Below, piece after piece: positions 63,512 to 64,000 of a DNA stretch of 64,000 nt (positions are counted from its first letter, which is position 1; the number at the start of each line of letters is the position of its first letter). Below the pieces are notes generated by a model. It searched no databases, was not told where the DNA came from, and saw only the letters and a list, made by a program, of their open reading frames with translations. This stretch comes from Xenophilus sp. (lineage in GTDB: Bacteria; Pseudomonadota; Gammaproteobacteria; Burkholderiales; Burkholderiaceae_C), in contig JASGDG010000412.1 in NCBI GenBank assembly GCA_047607325.1, positions 17,711-81,710 on the forward strand, written 5' to 3'. The translations under genes were made by a program, and so were the position numbers.

Positions 63512-64000
63512 TCCCATTCGGTCCGAACGGCGCGGGGTTTTCGAAGCGAACGGCCCGGCCGGTGGCCGGGTGGCGCAGTTGCAGCACCGTCGCGTGCAGC
63601 AGCAGCCGCGGCGCGCGCGCCTGGACGCGGGCATCCCCGTAGAGCGCGTCGCCCAGGATCGGGTGGCCGATGGAGGCCAGGTGCACGCGCAACTGGTGCG
63701 AGCGGCCGGTGTGCGGCTCCAGCAGCAGGTGCGATGCATCGCGTTCCGGCCAGGCGGCCAGCGTGCGCCAGCGCGTGAGGCTGGGCTTGCCCCCGGCGGC
63801 GATCTTCTGCAGCGGACGGCGCGGCCAGTCGGCCATCAGCGGCGCGTCGATCGCCTGCCAGTGCGGGCTGTCGGCGATGCCGCCGACGATCGCCTCGTAG
63901 CGCTTCCAGACCTGGCGCGCGGCGAAGGCCTCGCTCAGCGCGCGCTGCATGTCCCGCCCGCGCGCCATCAGCACCAGGCCGCTGGTGGCCATGTCGAGGC
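63495..64000 (-). CDS. RluA-family pseudouridine synthase (5' part beyond the window)
   Basis: LDMATSGL at the edge (HRLD motif), KRYEA, HTGRSHQLRVHL, GHPILGDALY, LLHA. Confidence 0.9.
   Translation of the reverse strand, partial: LDMATSGLVLMARGRDMQRALSEAFAARQVWKRYEAIVGGIADSPHWQAIDAPLMADWPRRPLQKIAAGGKPSLTRWRTLAAWPERDASHLLLEPHTGRSHQLRVHLASIGHPILGDALYGDARVQARAPRLLLHATVLQLRHPATGRAVRFENPAPFGPNGIRDCP

Overview
GC-rich betaproteobacterial chromosome; the Bug/IclR/CYP116B gene set suggests Comamonadaceae, which is an inference. About 1-53.8 kb is a composite mobile region and 54.1-64 kb is ordinary host DNA. (i) 1-24.1 kb is a defective siphovirus-like prophage with early/recombination genes, a tail module and lysis genes but no terminase, portal or capsid. 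The P4-type primase-helicase is fused in frame to the C-terminal part of the major tail protein at about 8276/8277, which is the scar of a deletion that removed the head module. (ii) 24.2-44.4 kb is defence cargo: a convergent DUF488 pair; a 13-kb minus-strand run of WYL regulator, GmrSD-like nuclease, hsdM, hsdS, yhcG, hsdR, CD-NTase, SLATT effector and HrgA-like nuclease; and, diverging from the WYL gene, an uncharacterised five-gene operon that is the best candidate for an undescribed system. (iii) 44.4-49.9 kb is a serine recombinase-ParB-ParB-DUF3987 module with 9-bp iteron-like repeats, next to an AbiEii toxin gene cut after about 7 codons. (iv) TA genes and a tRNA-3'-like/att palindrome at about 51.55 kb. 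(v) A roughly 2.2-kb mini-element holding only a P4-family integrase and an iteron array. The host part encodes a CYP116B P450-reductase fusion, Bug, IclR, MFS, FrnE/DsbA, NDH-2, an egtD remnant, DUF427, a 2OG-Fe dioxygenase, a USP and part of an RluA gene. Family assignments come from motifs read by eye; no searches were run.
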